Part shown: positions 62,788-64,000 of the stretch, one piece after another
Numbering within the stretch: position 1 is the first letter of the stretch
How the letters are laid out: every line of letters begins with the position of its first letter
Source of the DNA: Octopus vulgaris
Lineage: Eukaryota
DNA: 64,000 nt
Direction: 5' to 3'
NCBI GenBank assembly: GCA_951406725.2
Contig: OX597817.1
Location: forward strand, 162,440,001 to 162,504,000
Position numbers and translations under genes: made by a program
Notes under the pieces: generated by a model
Database searches by the model: none
The model's input: the letters and a program-made list of their open reading frames with translations, nothing else
What the model was told of the DNA's origin: nothing

Positions 62788-64000
62788 GATAACACACAGC
62801 ATATGTCATTATATATGTTTCCATAATCATTTACAGATTATCTTCATCAGATGAAAAATATCAAAATATAAAATCGACTGAGATTATTACCAAAGGATAA
62901 TACCACAACAAAGCAGAGCTAAAAATACAGCATAGTCTAAGAAGAAATATACAGATAAAATATGTTGGTAAAAATATATATACAGGTACGGCTACATGGC
63001 TAAAGGATCTCACTTTGCAATCATAGGTTCAATCTCACTGCACAGCACCTTGGGCAAGTATCTTCTGCTATAGCTCCATAGCAATCAATGCCATGTGAAT
63101 GAATATGGTAAATGGAAACTGTATGGAACCCCGTTATGTCAAAATAGACCTCACCAGTGCTGGTGTCACATGAAAAGCACCCAGTCCAATCTGTGAAGCA
63201 GTTGGTGATAGGAAGGACAACCAGCCATTAGAACCCATGTCAAAACAGTGCAGCTTGGTGCATTTCTCTGGCTCGCCAACTCCTGTCAAACCATCCAACC
63301 CATGCCAGTATGGAAAACAGACATTAAATGGTGATGGTGGTGGTGATGATGATGATGACGATGATGATGATGATAACAATGATGATGATGATGATGTGTG
63401 TGTTTATGTCTGTGTTTGTACCCCACCCACTGCCTGGCAATTGGTGTTGGTTTGTTTACATCCTCATAACAGCAAAACAGATCTGATACAATGAGTACCA
63501 GACTTTAAAAAAATCATAAATACCATCCCTTTAATGTCCATGTTCTAAGCTAGTGTGAGCTGGACAATTTAACAGGAGCTAGCCAGGCTCCAATTGTCTG
63601 TTTTGTCAGGGTTTCTATGGTTGGGTGCCCTTCCTAACACCAACCACTTCACAGAGTATTCTGTGTACTTTGTGTTTGTGTCTGTCCCTACCACTGCTTA
63701 ATAACTAGTGTAAGTACTGGGGTCAGTTTGTTCGACCAAGCCCTTCAAGGTGGTGCCCAAGCATGGCTGCAGTCTAATAGCTTAAAGTAAAAGATGAAAA
63801 ATAGAAGAAAGAATTCTAAAAACTTGTTTTGGTTGCCTTTTACAACAGGCACGGGAAATGGCCTGTTCCTTGTCATGTGAGGCTCCACACAGCAACAGCG
63901 TAATACAATAAATATAATAACACAATGTGATGAAATACTAGCCTATTGTACATAACATGATATGATGAAATACTAACTTATTTCATGAAACACAATATGA

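Overview
AT-rich, repeat-dense eukaryotic DNA. The SINE, microsatellite and transposon content suggests an octopod cephalopod; this is an inference. One host gene is supported: the N-terminal nucleotide-binding domain of an ABCG (white-like) half-transporter on the minus strand. Five phase-compatible GT-AG exons (18545-18382, 16845-16676, 9531-9426, 6020-5920, 3032-2871) encode Walker A, Q-loop, LSGGE signature, Walker B, D-loop and H-loop. A possible first coding exon lies at 28197-28166, and the transmembrane exons should lie left of the window. The rest is intronic or intergenic and filled with mobile elements: at least 5 tRNA-derived SINE families; RTE, CR1-like and Penelope remnants; mariner, maT, pogo, piggyBac and hAT derivatives; and non-autonomous Helitrons sharing the same ends. 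It also has several minisatellites and a 2.4-kb 101-bp satellite. Most interesting observations: (1) six hammerhead-ribozyme-like motifs, two with a complete catalytic core; (2) an NRF1/ETS/E-box CpG island with a splice donor antisense inside an ABCG intron; (3) three local templated duplications at insertion junctions; (4) long foldbacks that could form dsRNA; (5) tandem repeats occupying two 3' splice-site regions of the ABCG gene. All coordinates were read by eye, and repeat boundaries are approximate unless a TSD or terminus is quoted.
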